DNA of 62,702 nucleotides, counting the filler. It is 5 parts of 5 records of this genome, joined end to end, with 100 filler letters (N's around TTAATTAATTAA, not from the genome) between each part and the next. Parts side by side here need not be neighbours in the genome. Positions count along the whole stretch, not along the records: positions 23,588 to 54,695 come from SRR31156797_10165; positions 54,796 to 62,702 come from SRR31156797_10168; 3 more parts are not named here. One strand, given 5' to 3'. The notes beneath the pieces are model-generated. The model did no database searches. It saw nothing but the letters and a program-made list of their open reading frames with translations, and was not told where the DNA came from. Both the position numbers and the translations under genes were made by a program. Shown one piece after another: positions 50,131-60,159 of the stretch. Each line of letters opens with the position of its first letter. Within the stretch, counting starts at the first letter, position 1.

Positions 50131-50704
50131 CCTTTGCCAGTTTTATACCTGCACTATGGGCTCGGTCCATGATTTCCAGGTGTTCGGCGATGATACCCCG
50201 GTCAAAGAGACGCAGTACCGGAAGTTCTTCAACTATTTCATAGCCTAGGGCCTCCAGAGGCATGCGCATGGCTTCGATGGTGAATCCCATATCTTTTTTA
50301 TCCGCTTGTTCGGCAATGGCCCCGATTACGGCTTTGCGTCCTTGTCCGGCCAGTCTGCTGGACCATGCCCGGGGACGGGTGTCCTCAAAATTGTAGTAAC
50401 AGTACAAGCGGTCGATGAAGGCTTTCATCCATGCGGTGACATTGTAGTTGTGAACCGGGGAGATGAGCACAAGTCCTTTTGATTCTTCAATCTTAGGATA
50501 AAGGTCTGTCATGTCGTCTTCAAAGCGGCGACAGGCTTTTTCCTTACGGCAGATTTCGCAACCTACGCAGGGATCATATTTCAGGTCTCTAAGATGTACT
50601 TCGTTGCCGGAAATACCCTGTTCGGCAGCTCCGCTAAGAATTGCCTGCAACATTTTGTGGGAATTGCCCTTTTTGCGAGGACTGCCTTCAATACCTAAGA
50701 TCAT
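50114..50704 (-). CDS. Iron-sulfur flavoprotein / flavodoxin-like protein
   Basis: GSPRKKGNS, CVGCEICRKEKAC, SPVHNY, MKAFIDR. Confidence 0.88.
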   Translation of the reverse strand: MILGIEGSPRKKGNSHKMLQAILSGAAEQGISGNEVHLRDLKYDPCVGCEICRKEKACRRFEDDMTDLYPKIEESKGLVLISPVHNYNVTAWMKAFIDRLYCYYNFEDTRPRAWSSRLAGQGRKAVIGAIAEQADKKDMGFTIEAMRMPLEALGYEIVEELPVLRLFDRGIIAEHLEIMDRAHSAGIKLAKAISGQ

Positions 50705-50769
50705 TTGTGTTCCTTGTTTTTTGATAAATGTCAGGGTTGGAACAATCGCATATCCCTTATAGAAATGCA

Positions 50770-50801
50770 AAACAGCCTGCGGGGTTTCCCACAGGCTGTT
50801 T
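50770..50801 (-). terminator. Terminator after the Mrp gene
   Basis: AAACAGCCTG..CAGGCTGTTT. Confidence 0.75.
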
Positions 50802-50860
50802 CGGTCGAGATATGTACGGTAGATGTACTTATGGCTTTTAGTGTGTGTCCTATCTGAACA

Positions 50861-52126
50861 CTAGTGGTCGCAGGTATTTGCTCCGGTCTGAAGGGAGCCT
50901 GCGAGGTAGCTGGAAACCACGTTTTCCGGGGCTTCAGCAGGGGAGCCGACAATAACTTTTACGCCGGCATCAGTGAACAGGGACTGTGCCCTTGAACCCA
51001 TTCCGCCTGCCAGAACCAGCTGTACGCCCTGATCAGCGATCCATTTGGGAAGCACGCCCGGTTCGTGGGGCGGAGGAGTTTCCATGTTGGTGGCAACAAT
51101 GCCCTTGGTGGCAATGTCAACATCCATGAGAGCGAACTGTTCGCAGTGGCCGAAGTGCATGCAGAGCTTGCCTGCTGCAACGGGTACTGCGATCCTGATC
51201 ATGCCGTTTTTACCTTGAAGTTCTTCAGGTTTGGGCATTTCATTATTCTCCTGCAGAGTCTCAGTGAGATTCAGCATGGGCTTGATGATGGTGTTTAGAG
51301 CCTTGCCGGTGGGGCTTTCGTGATCAGTGCGGATGATGGGGTAACCTTCATCTCCGGAACGGCCCACTTCAGGATCAAGGGGAACACGTCCGAGGAAGTT
51401 TACTCCGGTTTCCTTGGCCAGAGCTTCACCGCCACCGGAATTGAAAATATCGTGTACGTTGCCGCAGTCGGGGCAGACAAATCCGCTCATGTTCTCGACA
51501 ATACCGAGAACGGGGTTACCGACCTGCTTACAGAAGTTTACGGAGCGACGCACATCGTCAACAGCCACGCCCTGCGGGGTGGTTACGATAACTGCGTGGG
51601 CATCCTGACCGAGCGTCTGCAGTGCGGAAAGAGGTTCGTCACCGGTTCCGGGAGGGCAGTCAACTACGAGGAAGTCGAGATCGTTCCATGCAACGTCCTG
51701 TACAAACTGTTTGATCAGGCCGATTTTTACCGGGCCGCGCCAGATAACCGGATCGTCCTTGCTGGGCAGCATGAAGCCGAGGGACATAACCCAGAGATTG
51801 CTGGACCAGGAGATAGGTTCGATTACTTCATGGCCGATATGCGGTTTTTCATCCTGAAGACTGAGCAGACGGGGAACACTGGGGCCGTGAACGTCAACGT
51901 CGAGCAAGCCGACCTGTTTCCCGGCAAGAGAAAGAGCAACAGCAATGTTGGTCGCTACAGTACTTTTACCTACGCCGCCTTTACCGGAAATAACCACAAT
52001 TTTGTGTTTGATTCTGGAAAGGGTTTTCTTCAGTTTCATATCTTCGGGGCTGCAACCTTCAGAACAACCGGAAGATGAACATCCGGACCCGGAGGAAGAG
52101 CAGCTTCCGCATGCGTGATCGCTCAT
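50861..52126 (-). CDS. Mrp/NBP35 Fe-S carrier ATPase fused to a NifB/NifX (ORP) domain (MrpORP)
   Basis: Cys-rich N-terminus, SGKGGVGKST, DCPPGTGD, CPDC, C-terminal HFGHC..GGMG domain. Confidence 0.92.
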   Translation of the reverse strand: MSDHACGSCSSSGSGCSSSGCSEGCSPEDMKLKKTLSRIKHKIVVISGKGGVGKSTVATNIAVALSLAGKQVGLLDVDVHGPSVPRLLSLQDEKPHIGHEVIEPISWSSNLWVMSLGFMLPSKDDPVIWRGPVKIGLIKQFVQDVAWNDLDFLVVDCPPGTGDEPLSALQTLGQDAHAVIVTTPQGVAVDDVRRSVNFCKQVGNPVLGIVENMSGFVCPDCGNVHDIFNSGGGEALAKETGVNFLGRVPLDPEVGRSGDEGYPIIRTDHESPTGKALNTIIKPMLNLTETLQENNEMPKPEELQGKNGMIRIAVPVAAGKLCMHFGHCEQFALMDVDIATKGIVATNMETPPPHEPGVLPKWIADQGVQLVLAGGMGSRAQSLFTDAGVKVIVGSPAEAPENVVSSYLAGSLQTGANTCDH

Positions 52127-52315
52127 ATATCAATCTCCTGCCCCTCGCTGGAAGAGGGGGTAGTCATTATTAAAAACAGATTGTTCAATCTGTCACAATA
52201 GCATTAAAAGGTAAACTAAGACGTGAACCTGACTTGTCAATGGCTTAAAAGTTCAGTCATGCCCGCAGAGCAAGGGAGAGGAGAAAAGGCATGACTGAAC
52301 GCGATGAAGAAAATT

Positions 52316-52675
52316 CTACCAGTGGCCCGGTTTGTCAGCATCGTCAGCGGCTTCAAGTTTGCCGTCTTTGAAGGAAGACAGTGCTTCGGCAACTGTGCCG
52401 CCGCCAACAAGGTAAATTTTGATGGAACCCTTATCAAGGGCGGTGAAAGCCTTGGGGCCGACGTGGCCGGTAATTACAGCAGTGGCTCCAGTGGCGGCTA
52501 CATTCTGAGCAGACTGGATTCCCGCACCCTGAGCGGCATTCAAATTTTGGGTGTTGTCGATGTATTCCTGAGTGTCGGCATCGGTATCGCAGACTAGAAA
52601 GCCTTTTGCGCGACCGAAGCGAGGATCGATATCTCCATTGAGATCATTGCCCTGACAGCTGATGGCGATTTTCAT
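52316..52675 (-). CDS. NifB/NifX family protein (orange protein ORP-like)
   Basis: MKIAIS, DPRFGRA, GAGIQSAQ, ITGHVGPKA. Confidence 0.88.
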   Translation of the reverse strand: MKIAISCQGNDLNGDIDPRFGRAKGFLVCDTDADTQEYIDNTQNLNAAQGAGIQSAQNVAATGATAVITGHVGPKAFTALDKGSIKIYLVGGGTVAEALSSFKDGKLEAADDADKPGHW

Positions 52676-52676
52676 A

Positions 52677-53147
52677 TTATTTACTCCTGTGCACTGAGCT
52701 TAGGGTCGGTTCGCAAGGGCGCATTGAATCTTGCGCCCCCTTTCTGGCCCTGAAGCCTCTGTTTCCCTGTCCGCATCTGCCTCTGCCCCTGCATCCGGGC
52801 ATGACATAATTTTCCAGACAGTTCTGATGATAGGCCGAGAGCACTTGCTCGGTCATTCCCGTGATCCACGGGATAACCCTGATTCCGGCCTGCTCCAGTT
52901 CATTCATGGTGCAACCGCAGATCGCACCGCATATTAAAAACGTTGCCCCGCAGGCTATAATGGCGGATGTCCTGTCCTTTGGGTCTTTTGAGGGAAGGGA
53001 TAGGTAGCCTGCGGGACAAATTTTATTGTCTTCCACCCGGAACAATTTCAGGTCCGGGGCATTGTCAAATACAGAGGCCAGCCTGTCTTCAAAACAGGCT
53101 AAACAAAGCAGCGTTGAATTAGTATTACGTCCTTCGTTTCCTCTCAT
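52677..53147 (-). CDS. NifB/NifX-like protein of the orp operon with Arg/Gly-rich tail
   Basis: RLASVFDNA, LICGAICG, MPGCRGRGRCG. Confidence 0.75.
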   Translation of the reverse strand: MRGNEGRNTNSTLLCLACFEDRLASVFDNAPDLKLFRVEDNKICPAGYLSLPSKDPKDRTSAIIACGATFLICGAICGCTMNELEQAGIRVIPWITGMTEQVLSAYHQNCLENYVMPGCRGRGRCGQGNRGFRARKGAQDSMRPCEPTLSSVHRSK

Positions 53148-53160
53148 GGCAAGCTATAAG

Positions 53161-53175
53161 GCATAGTTTGTGCCA
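53161..53175 (-). promoter_or_regulatory. Sigma54 -24/-12 promoter of the orp operon
   Basis: TGGCACAAACTATGC on the minus strand; adjacent sigma54 activator gene. Confidence 0.8.
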
Positions 53176-53194
53176 TGGAAGAAAAAGGCATATA

Positions 53195-53207
53195 AATCAA
53201 TAGCTTG
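53195..53207. promoter_or_regulatory. IHF binding site
   Basis: AATCAATAGCTTG matches WATCAANNNNTTR; lies between the sigma54 promoter and the putative UAS. Confidence 0.7.
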
Positions 53208-53279
53208 ATTGGATTCAGGGAGGTCGAGGGGGACTTGTTAGGGAGCAGAATTAGCCGACAAAGTGGAGCTGCGGGCTAA

Positions 53280-54614
53280 TTATGCGTCCGTCTCTTCGCA
53301 ACGGGATATCGTGCGGCGCAGGGTATCTTTGGAAATACCCAGTTCACGGCAGGTGGCCATCTTTTTACCATTGTTGCGCTCAAGGGCGCGGCGCACAGCC
53401 ATACATTTTATCTCATCCATGGTTAGGGGCATGTCTTCGTGAGGGGCATTTTCTTTGGATTTGGGCTGGAGATATTCGGGCAGGTGTTCAACCTGAATGA
53501 AGCCCGAGGGGCAGAGGATAAAAGCAAACTCTAAAATATTTTCCAGTTCCCGCACATTGCCGGGGAAGGGGTGGCGCATGAGTATATGCAGGGTGTCTTC
53601 GGAAATACCGTCAATATCCTTGCCTTGCAGGGCATTGAGCTTATTGACAAAGTGGTTGATCAAAAGGGGTATGTCCTCGACCCGCTCTTTGAGCGGCGGC
53701 AGGTTGAGGGTTACCACGTTCAAGCGGTAGTAGAGGTCTTGCCGGAACGCACCCTGCTCCACCAGTTCGGTAAGATTTTTGTTTGTTGCGGCCACAATAC
53801 GCACATTAGCTTTCACGCTTTGCACCGCACCCAGCGGTTCGAAAGTCTTTTCCTGCAAAACTCGCAGTAGCTTAACCTGTAATTTAGCAGGCATATCCCC
53901 TATTTCATCAAGAAAGATTGTGCCGCCGGCAGCAAGTTCAAAACGTCCGGCTTTGTCTTTGCGGGCATCGGTGAATGCTCCGGCTTTGTAACCGAAAAGC
54001 TCGGATTCCAGCAGGTTGTCGGGCAGTGCACCGCAGTTTACTGCCACAAAGGGGCCGTGTTTGCGTTCACTCAAGTTATGAATGGCCCGGGCGAAAAGTT
54101 CTTTACCGGTACCGGATTCTCCCAGCAGGAGCACAGTGGCTTCACTTTTACTGACTTGGGGCAGGATGGAAAAAACTTTTCCGAGTTGTGCGCTTTTACC
54201 GATGATATCTTCAAAGCGCCATGACTCTTCCACCTCACGGCGGATCATCTGGATGTCAGTCAGGTCACGGAAGCTTTCCACGCCGCCGATGAGTTTGCCG
54301 TCACCGTCAACAAGGGGCGCGGCACTGATGGAAACCGGAACTTTGCGCCCGTCAGCGTGGATAAAAAATATGGATTTGTTGGAGATGCGTCCGCAGTCAT
54401 TCATGCAGGAACGCAGGGCGCAGTCTCCGTCGCAGAGGCTGGAATGGAAGACGTCCCAGCATTTGGAACCTACTGCTTCCTCTGCAGGGACACCGGTGAT
54501 CCGGCTGGCAGCCTCATTGAAGAAGGTGATGTTCCAGTCCCGGTCTACCGTAAAGACCCCGTCTGCTAACGAGTCAAGAACTGCGGAGCAAGGCAGATTA
54601 CTGGGAAATTTCAT
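53280..54614 (-). CDS. PAS-domain sigma54-dependent activator (OrpR-like)
   Basis: Cys-containing PAS domain, [29 protein letters not shown]-terminal HTH. Confidence 0.92.
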   Translation of the reverse strand: MKFPSNLPCSAVLDSLADGVFTVDRDWNITFFNEAASRITGVPAEEAVGSKCWDVFHSSLCDGDCALRSCMNDCGRISNKSIFFIHADGRKVPVSISAAPLVDGDGKLIGGVESFRDLTDIQMIRREVEESWRFEDIIGKSAQLGKVFSILPQVSKSEATVLLLGESGTGKELFARAIHNLSERKHGPFVAVNCGALPDNLLESELFGYKAGAFTDARKDKAGRFELAAGGTIFLDEIGDMPAKLQVKLLRVLQEKTFEPLGAVQSVKANVRIVAATNKNLTELVEQGAFRQDLYYRLNVVTLNLPPLKERVEDIPLLINHFVNKLNALQGKDIDGISEDTLHILMRHPFPGNVRELENILEFAFILCPSGFIQVEHLPEYLQPKSKENAPHEDMPLTMDEIKCMAVRRALERNNGKKMATCRELGISKDTLRRTISRCEETDA

Positions 54615-54630
54615 GGAACTTCCATCAAAA

Positions 54631-54695
54631 AGGGCGAAGCCTAATAAAAGGTTTTGAAAGGAAGAGTCCAGAGAGGGAAAACTTTTGCAAAAGTT
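54631..54695. repeat. REP-like repeat at contig end
   Basis: GGCGAAGCCTAATAAAAGGTTTTG..AACTTTTGCAAAAGTT palindrome. Confidence 0.65.
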
Positions 54696-54795
54696 NNNNN
54701 NNNNNNNNNNNNNNNNNNNNNNNNNNNNNNNNNNNNNNNTTAATTAATTAANNNNNNNNNNNNNNNNNNNNNNNNNNNNNNNNNNNNNNNNNNNN
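54696..54795. other. Artificial contig linker
   Basis: N44-TTAATTAATTAA-N44. Confidence 0.98.
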
Positions 54796-54845
54796 GTTCT
54801 TGCGAAATAATATACTTTAGATTTAAAGAATCATTATGGAAAGAG

Positions 54846-57188
54846 GTGATAAGTTTGGTTAGACAAATATTATTAAATGATTTAAAACGAAATAAAACTA
54901 TAACAGGGGCTATATTTATATTTAATATGTTTTCAGCCTTATTACTTGTGATCGGGATAAATATATTTTTATTACTTAATAATTCTGTGAATACATTATT
55001 TGAGAAGGCGAATGTCCCACATTTTATACAATATCATTCAGGAGATGTAGATAAAACTTTAATAGAAAACTGGGCGAAGCAAAATGGAGAAATAGATAAG
55101 TATCAATTACAAGAAATATTGAATATTCCCGGTTCAAACGTATATATGAATAGTTCCATTCCTCAATCAGACACAGTGATGGAATTACTGTTTGTAAATC
55201 AGAGTGAGAAATTTGATTATTTATTGAATTTGAATTACGAAATAATTAAATTAAAGTCAAATGAAATTGCAGTACCTATTTATTATAAACAGCAGAAAAA
55301 ACTAAAAATTGGTGATAAAGTTATTGTTGAAAAAGATAAATTTTCATATGAATTTATAATCAAAAATTTTGTAAGGGATGCACAGATGAATCCGGCAATA
55401 ATTAGTTCAAAACGTTTTGTTATTTCGAGAGAATATTATGAAAAATTGGAAAAACATTTTGAAGAAAAAGAAACGCTGATAGCATTTAGATTAGATAATA
55501 CTGATAATTTAAACGAATTTGCTATGAAATATAGTTTGTCAAAATTGCCTCAAAAAGGTCCGACTATAGATTTTAAATTATTAAGAGTTGCGAACTCATT
55601 AACAGATGGTTTAATAGCTGCGGTTATTATATTTGTGAGTATATTTATAAATTTAATATCTCTCTTATCTCTGAACTTTATCTTGAAATTAACTCTGGAA
55701 AGAGATTATAAAGAGATAGGAATACTTAAAGCAATAGGAGTATCGTTACAAGATATTCAAAAGATTTATCTGATTAAATACTTCTTCACAATTGCATTTA
55801 GCAATATATTAGGATATATCATAGCTCAAATTAGTAGTAAGCGAATTTTTTCCAGATCAGACTCTCTAATTGGCCAGCAAAGTTTTAGCATAATAGATTA
55901 TTTAATACCAGTAGTTATATTATCTATTATCAGCTTATTGATAATTGCAATGTGCAATATGATATTCAGACGTTTCAACTCTATTTCAACAATTGAAATG
56001 TTGAGAAGCTCAAAAGTGGAGTCTTCAAACAAGAGATTAAGAAAGTTTCAATTAAACAGATGCAAAAAAATAAATATTAATTTGTTTTTTGCACTGCGGG
56101 ATCAATTGTTAAAACCAAAACTGTATCTACTGATGGCAGTAGTTTATGCACTGTCGATTTTCATAATAACTATTCCATTAAACTTTTTAAATACTATAAA
56201 ATCACCTGAATTTATTACTTATATGGGAATGGGAAAGAGTGATCTGATATTAAGTATGAGACAATCATCAACAAGTAATGAAGAGTTTAGGCAAATAAAA
56301 AAATCATTGGAAAATGATGAAAGAGTTTTGATCTACAATCCTCTCATTACATCCAGATACGAATTAATTAATTCCGAAGGGAATAAAGATAATATATATC
56401 TTGTTACAGGAGATCCGTCAGTATTTCCACTAAAGTATCTTTATGGAGATTATCCTAAATTACAAAATGAGATTGCCATATCTTATTTAATATCTAAAGA
56501 TACCGAAAAGGGAATTGGTGAAAGTTTAGAGATAATAGTTGAAGATGAAATAAAGGAGTTTATCATTTCGGGAATATATCAGGATATAACAAACGGAGGA
56601 AAAAGTGCATTTGCAAAGATTTCCCCTGATTATACTACAGTCTCTTGGTACACGATAAATGTAGACGCGAAAAAAGAGTATTTATATGATATCAAATTAG
56701 ATTATGAAAAAGAATTCGAGAATTTAAAAGTACATAATACCAAAGATTCTTTTGAGGAAACATTTAGCTATATTACTGATAAACTTGAAATATTACTAAT
56801 AATTAGTATAGCATTAATTATTGTAGTTATTGTTTTAATAACCTCATTATTTCTTAAAGTAATAATCATAAAAGATCTGGATCAGATAATTATCAAAAAA
56901 AGTATAGGGATATCATCAAGTGATATAAAAAAAGAGTATCTGATAAAAATGTTAATGAATCTAAATATTGCAATTATATTCGGAACGATAATATCTAATC
57001 AACTTGGTGAAAATATATTGAGTTTTGCATTATCAATTGTCGGTGCACCCAAGATTGAGCTGGTAATTGATACTATGAAATCATATTTTATTGCACCTCT
57101 TATTATGATTATATTAGTGTCACTATTTACATTTATAAATATTAAAGTTATTGATAAAGTAAGCTTTGATCAACTAATAGAAGAGTAG
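54846..57188 (+). CDS. FtsX/MacB-type ABC transporter permease
   Basis: Duplicated permease architecture; EIGILKAIG and IIIKKSIG motifs. Confidence 0.88.
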   Translation: MISLVRQILLNDLKRNKTITGAIFIFNMFSALLLVIGINIFLLLNNSVNTLFEKANVPHFIQYHSGDVDKTLIENWAKQNGEIDKYQLQEILNIPGSNVYMNSSIPQSDTVMELLFVNQSEKFDYLLNLNYEIIKLKSNEIAVPIYYKQQKKLKIGDKVIVEKDKFSYEFIIKNFVRDAQMNPAIISSKRFVISREYYEKLEKHFEEKETLIAFRLDNTDNLNEFAMKYSLSKLPQKGPTIDFKLLRVANSLTDGLIAAVIIFVSIFINLISLLSLNFILKLTLERDYKEIGILKAIGVSLQDIQKIYLIKYFFTIAFSNILGYIIAQISSKRIFSRSDSLIGQQSFSIIDYLIPVVILSIISLLIIAMCNMIFRRFNSISTIEMLRSSKVESSNKRLRKFQLNRCKKININLFFALRDQLLKPKLYLLMAVVYALSIFIITIPLNFLNTIKSPEFITYMGMGKSDLILSMRQSSTSNEEFRQIKKSLENDERVLIYNPLITSRYELINSEGNKDNIYLVTGDPSVFPLKYLYGDYPKLQNEIAISYLISKDTEKGIGESLEIIVEDEIKEFIISGIYQDITNGGKSAFAKISPDYTTVSWYTINVDAKKEYLYDIKLDYEKEFENLKVHNTKDSFEETFSYITDKLEILLIISIALIIVVIVLITSLFLKVIIIKDLDQIIIKKSIGISSSDIKKEYLIKMLMNLNIAIIFGTIISNQLGENILSFALSIVGAPKIELVIDTMKSYFIAPLIMIILVSLFTFINIKVIDKVSFDQLIEE

Positions 57189-57240
57189 TTTGGGTAATAT
57201 GAACGCAAAATATAAAATAGAGAATAATATGGAGGCTAAT

Positions 57241-58005
57241 ATGAATAATATTCTTGATGTAAATAAATTGTGTAAAACTTTTACTATAGAAAAACGTCAA
57301 AATCATGTATTAAAAAATGTATCGTTTTCTATTAAAAGAGGGGAATTTATATCTATAATGGGACCATCCGGCTCAGGAAAGAGTACACTCCTATATAATG
57401 TAAGCGGAATGGATAAAATGAGTGCGGGAAATGTTAATTTTGAAAATAATCATATAGAAAAACTATCTGAAAAAAATCTTGCTCAATTAAGACTATCTCA
57501 AATGGGATTTGTATTTCAACAGATGAATTTTCTAAAAAACCTGGATATATTGGATAATATAATTGTACCGGGCTATATGCTAAAAAGAGAAAAAAGAGAT
57601 ATAATTAATAATAGAGCCATAGCTTTGATGAAAAAGTTAGGAATTATAGAATTAAGTCAAAATGATATAAATCAGGTTTCCGGCGGACAATTGCAAAGAG
57701 CGGCTATTTGCAGAGCGTTGATAAATAAACCAAGTATTTTATTTGCTGATGAACCTACAGGGGCCTTAAACTATAATGCTGCAAATAATGTAATGGATAT
57801 ATTTAATCTGATTAACAGTGAAGGAACAACTATTATGATGGTAACGCATGATGTCAGAGTAGCGGCAAGAAGTGAAAAAATCCTATACATGATAGATGGA
57901 AGCATAGTAGGAGAAGTAAAATTAGGGAAATTTGATAAAAATAACGGAGATATAAATTCAAGAGAGAAAGTGTTGTCAAACTGGCTTATTGATATGAAAT
58001 TTTAG
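57241..58005 (+). CDS. ABC transporter ATP-binding protein (LolD/MacB-like)
   Basis: GPSGSGKST, VSGGQLQR, FADEPTG, VTHD; start after GGAGG. Confidence 0.93.
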   Translation: MNNILDVNKLCKTFTIEKRQNHVLKNVSFSIKRGEFISIMGPSGSGKSTLLYNVSGMDKMSAGNVNFENNHIEKLSEKNLAQLRLSQMGFVFQQMNFLKNLDILDNIIVPGYMLKREKRDIINNRAIALMKKLGIIELSQNDINQVSGGQLQRAAICRALINKPSILFADEPTGALNYNAANNVMDIFNLINSEGTTIMMVTHDVRVAARSEKILYMIDGSIVGEVKLGKFDKNNGDINSREKVLSNWLIDMKF

Positions 58006-58021
58006 GGATAGGTGAGTAAGT

Positions 58022-58717
58022 ATGAATAATAATATGGAGAAAATACTTTTAGTTGAAGATGATAAGGATTTAGCACGAGTAATTAGAGATTATTTTAGTA
58101 AAAATGCTTATACTATCAAAGTGATTAACAACGGACAAGAAGCTTTGGATTACCTAATGTTGAATCCGGTTAAACTATTGATACTTGATATCATGTTGCC
58201 TGGTGTTGACGGTTTAACCATTTGTGAGAATGTGAGAAAAAAATCTAACATTCCAATAATAATAGTAAGTGCCAAAATCGAAGAAAGTGATAAAATATTT
58301 GGACTTGAGCTTGGAGCAGATGATTATCTGGCTAAACCATTTTCAGTTAAAGAGTTATTGGCGAGAGTAAGAGCGCAGTTTAGAAGAACATATGATTTTA
58401 AGTTAAATTCTGAAAAAATAATAGATGGTAATTTAACAATAGATATAGTAAAACATCAGGCATTTTATGATGATAAACTTCTCACTTTAACCATTAAGGA
58501 GTTTGAATTACTAAAAATTCTGGTTCAAAATAAGGGTGTTGCGATGTATAAAGAGAGACTTTTTAATTTGGTATGGGGAATAGACAGTGAGAGTGATTAT
58601 TCAACATTAACAGTTCATATAAAAAAATTAAGGGATAAAATTGAAATAAATCCAAAAGAACCTAATAGAATTAAAACAATTTGGGGAGTTGGATACAAAT
58701 ATGAGGGATTAGAATGA
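58022..58717 (+). CDS. OmpR family response regulator
   Basis: LVEDD, LDIMLP, DDYLAKPF, VHIKKLRDKIE, TIWGVGY. Confidence 0.94.
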   Translation: MNNNMEKILLVEDDKDLARVIRDYFSKNAYTIKVINNGQEALDYLMLNPVKLLILDIMLPGVDGLTICENVRKKSNIPIIIVSAKIEESDKIFGLELGADDYLAKPFSVKELLARVRAQFRRTYDFKLNSEKIIDGNLTIDIVKHQAFYDDKLLTLTIKEFELLKILVQNKGVAMYKERLFNLVWGIDSESDYSTLTVHIKKLRDKIEINPKEPNRIKTIWGVGYKYEGLE

Positions 58718-60012
58718 AAAGAATAAAAATTATTTTATTAATCATAAATATTTGTTTTGTTATAATGTTTTTTAAATTACTTAATTTTGAGCAACAAAGA
58801 GATAATTCGTATAAAGTTGATATTAATCGAATTCAAAATGAAATTGAATTAAATATTGATAAATATATCAAAACTCCAATTAAGATTTATGATGGAGAAT
58901 ATGAAAATAAAACTGTAAGTATAAAAAAATATAAGCTTCTAAATACAGAAACAGCTTCTTATGATGATAAAAGTAATTTTTTTAATAACTTGAACCCTGA
59001 AAAAAATAAAGTTAGATTTATCCCAATTGAAAATACACCGCTTATAGTAAAGTATTATATTGATGCTAAACAGAGAACCGGATTAAAAAACTTATTGATA
59101 TTTCTAACTTTAATTATTCCAATAATTTCTAATATTTATATAATTATTTATATTAGAAAACACTACATAAATCCGGTAAAAAAACTCTCTGGTATACCGG
59201 AAAAAATAGCAAGTGGTTACATAGAAGATTTAAGGATTAACTCAAATGAAGAATTTACTAAGGAGTTTGTCTGGGGACTTGATTTACTCAAAGAAGAGTT
59301 AAAGAAAGAAAAAAAACGTCGTAATGAGCTTGAAAAGGAGAAAAATACAGTAATAGCCAGTTTATCACATGATATAAAAACACCACTTGCTTCTATTAAA
59401 AATTATTCTATTTCAATATTAGATGAAATCTATGTTGAGCCGAATGAGATTAAAAAAGCAGTTGAAGTTATTATAGAGAAAAGTGATGTAATAGAAAATT
59501 TAACAAAAAAACTGATAAAAACCAAAGAAAAAGATTTAGCATATGATTATAAAGAGATTCAAAGAAAAGAAATATACTTTTCTGAGATATATAATAGTTT
59601 GGATCATATAATTACACAGAAGATTGAACTTATGGAGATAGATTATCAAAAAAAGGAAATTACAGATAATAGTTTAATAATATCAAATTCAGCAGCAATT
59701 ACTCAAGTATTTGAGAATATAATCGAAAACGCTATGAAATATGGGGATAAAAATATTCTCAACTTAGATCACTATGTAGAAGAGAATTATCAAATAATCA
59801 CAATTGAAAATAGTGGAACTATGGTTCCGCAAAATGAGTTAAAATATATCTTTGCAGAGTATTATAGAGGTTCAAATATAAAAGATCAACCTGGTTATGG
59901 TTTGGGTTTAAGTATTTGCAAAAAAATCATGCAAAATCTACATGGAGATATTTATGCAGAAAATACAAATAATGGATTTAAAATTTATTTAGTTTTTAAG
60001 CAAGTAAGTTAG
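58714..60012 (+). CDS. Sensor histidine kinase
   Basis: Two TM helices, SHDIKTPL H-box, NIIENAMKY, GYGLGLSI. Confidence 0.93.
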   Translation: MKRIKIILLIINICFVIMFFKLLNFEQQRDNSYKVDINRIQNEIELNIDKYIKTPIKIYDGEYENKTVSIKKYKLLNTETASYDDKSNFFNNLNPEKNKVRFIPIENTPLIVKYYIDAKQRTGLKNLLIFLTLIIPIISNIYIIIYIRKHYINPVKKLSGIPEKIASGYIEDLRINSNEEFTKEFVWGLDLLKEELKKEKKRRNELEKEKNTVIASLSHDIKTPLASIKNYSISILDEIYVEPNEIKKAVEVIIEKSDVIENLTKKLIKTKEKDLAYDYKEIQRKEIYFSEIYNSLDHIITQKIELMEIDYQKKEITDNSLIISNSAAITQVFENIIENAMKYGDKNILNLDHYVEENYQIITIENSGTMVPQNELKYIFAEYYRGSNIKDQPGYGLGLSICKKIMQNLHGDIYAENTNNGFKIYLVFKQVS

Positions 60013-60159
60013 TATAAGTTAATAATTATTAATAAAAGAGTCGACTCCTAAAAAATTAATTTACAATAATAAATATAACATTTACGTACCGAGATTTTAA
60101 AGTCAGTTTAGCGGTACAGACGTCTGTTGCAAAATATTATATTAGAATAGGAGAGACAA

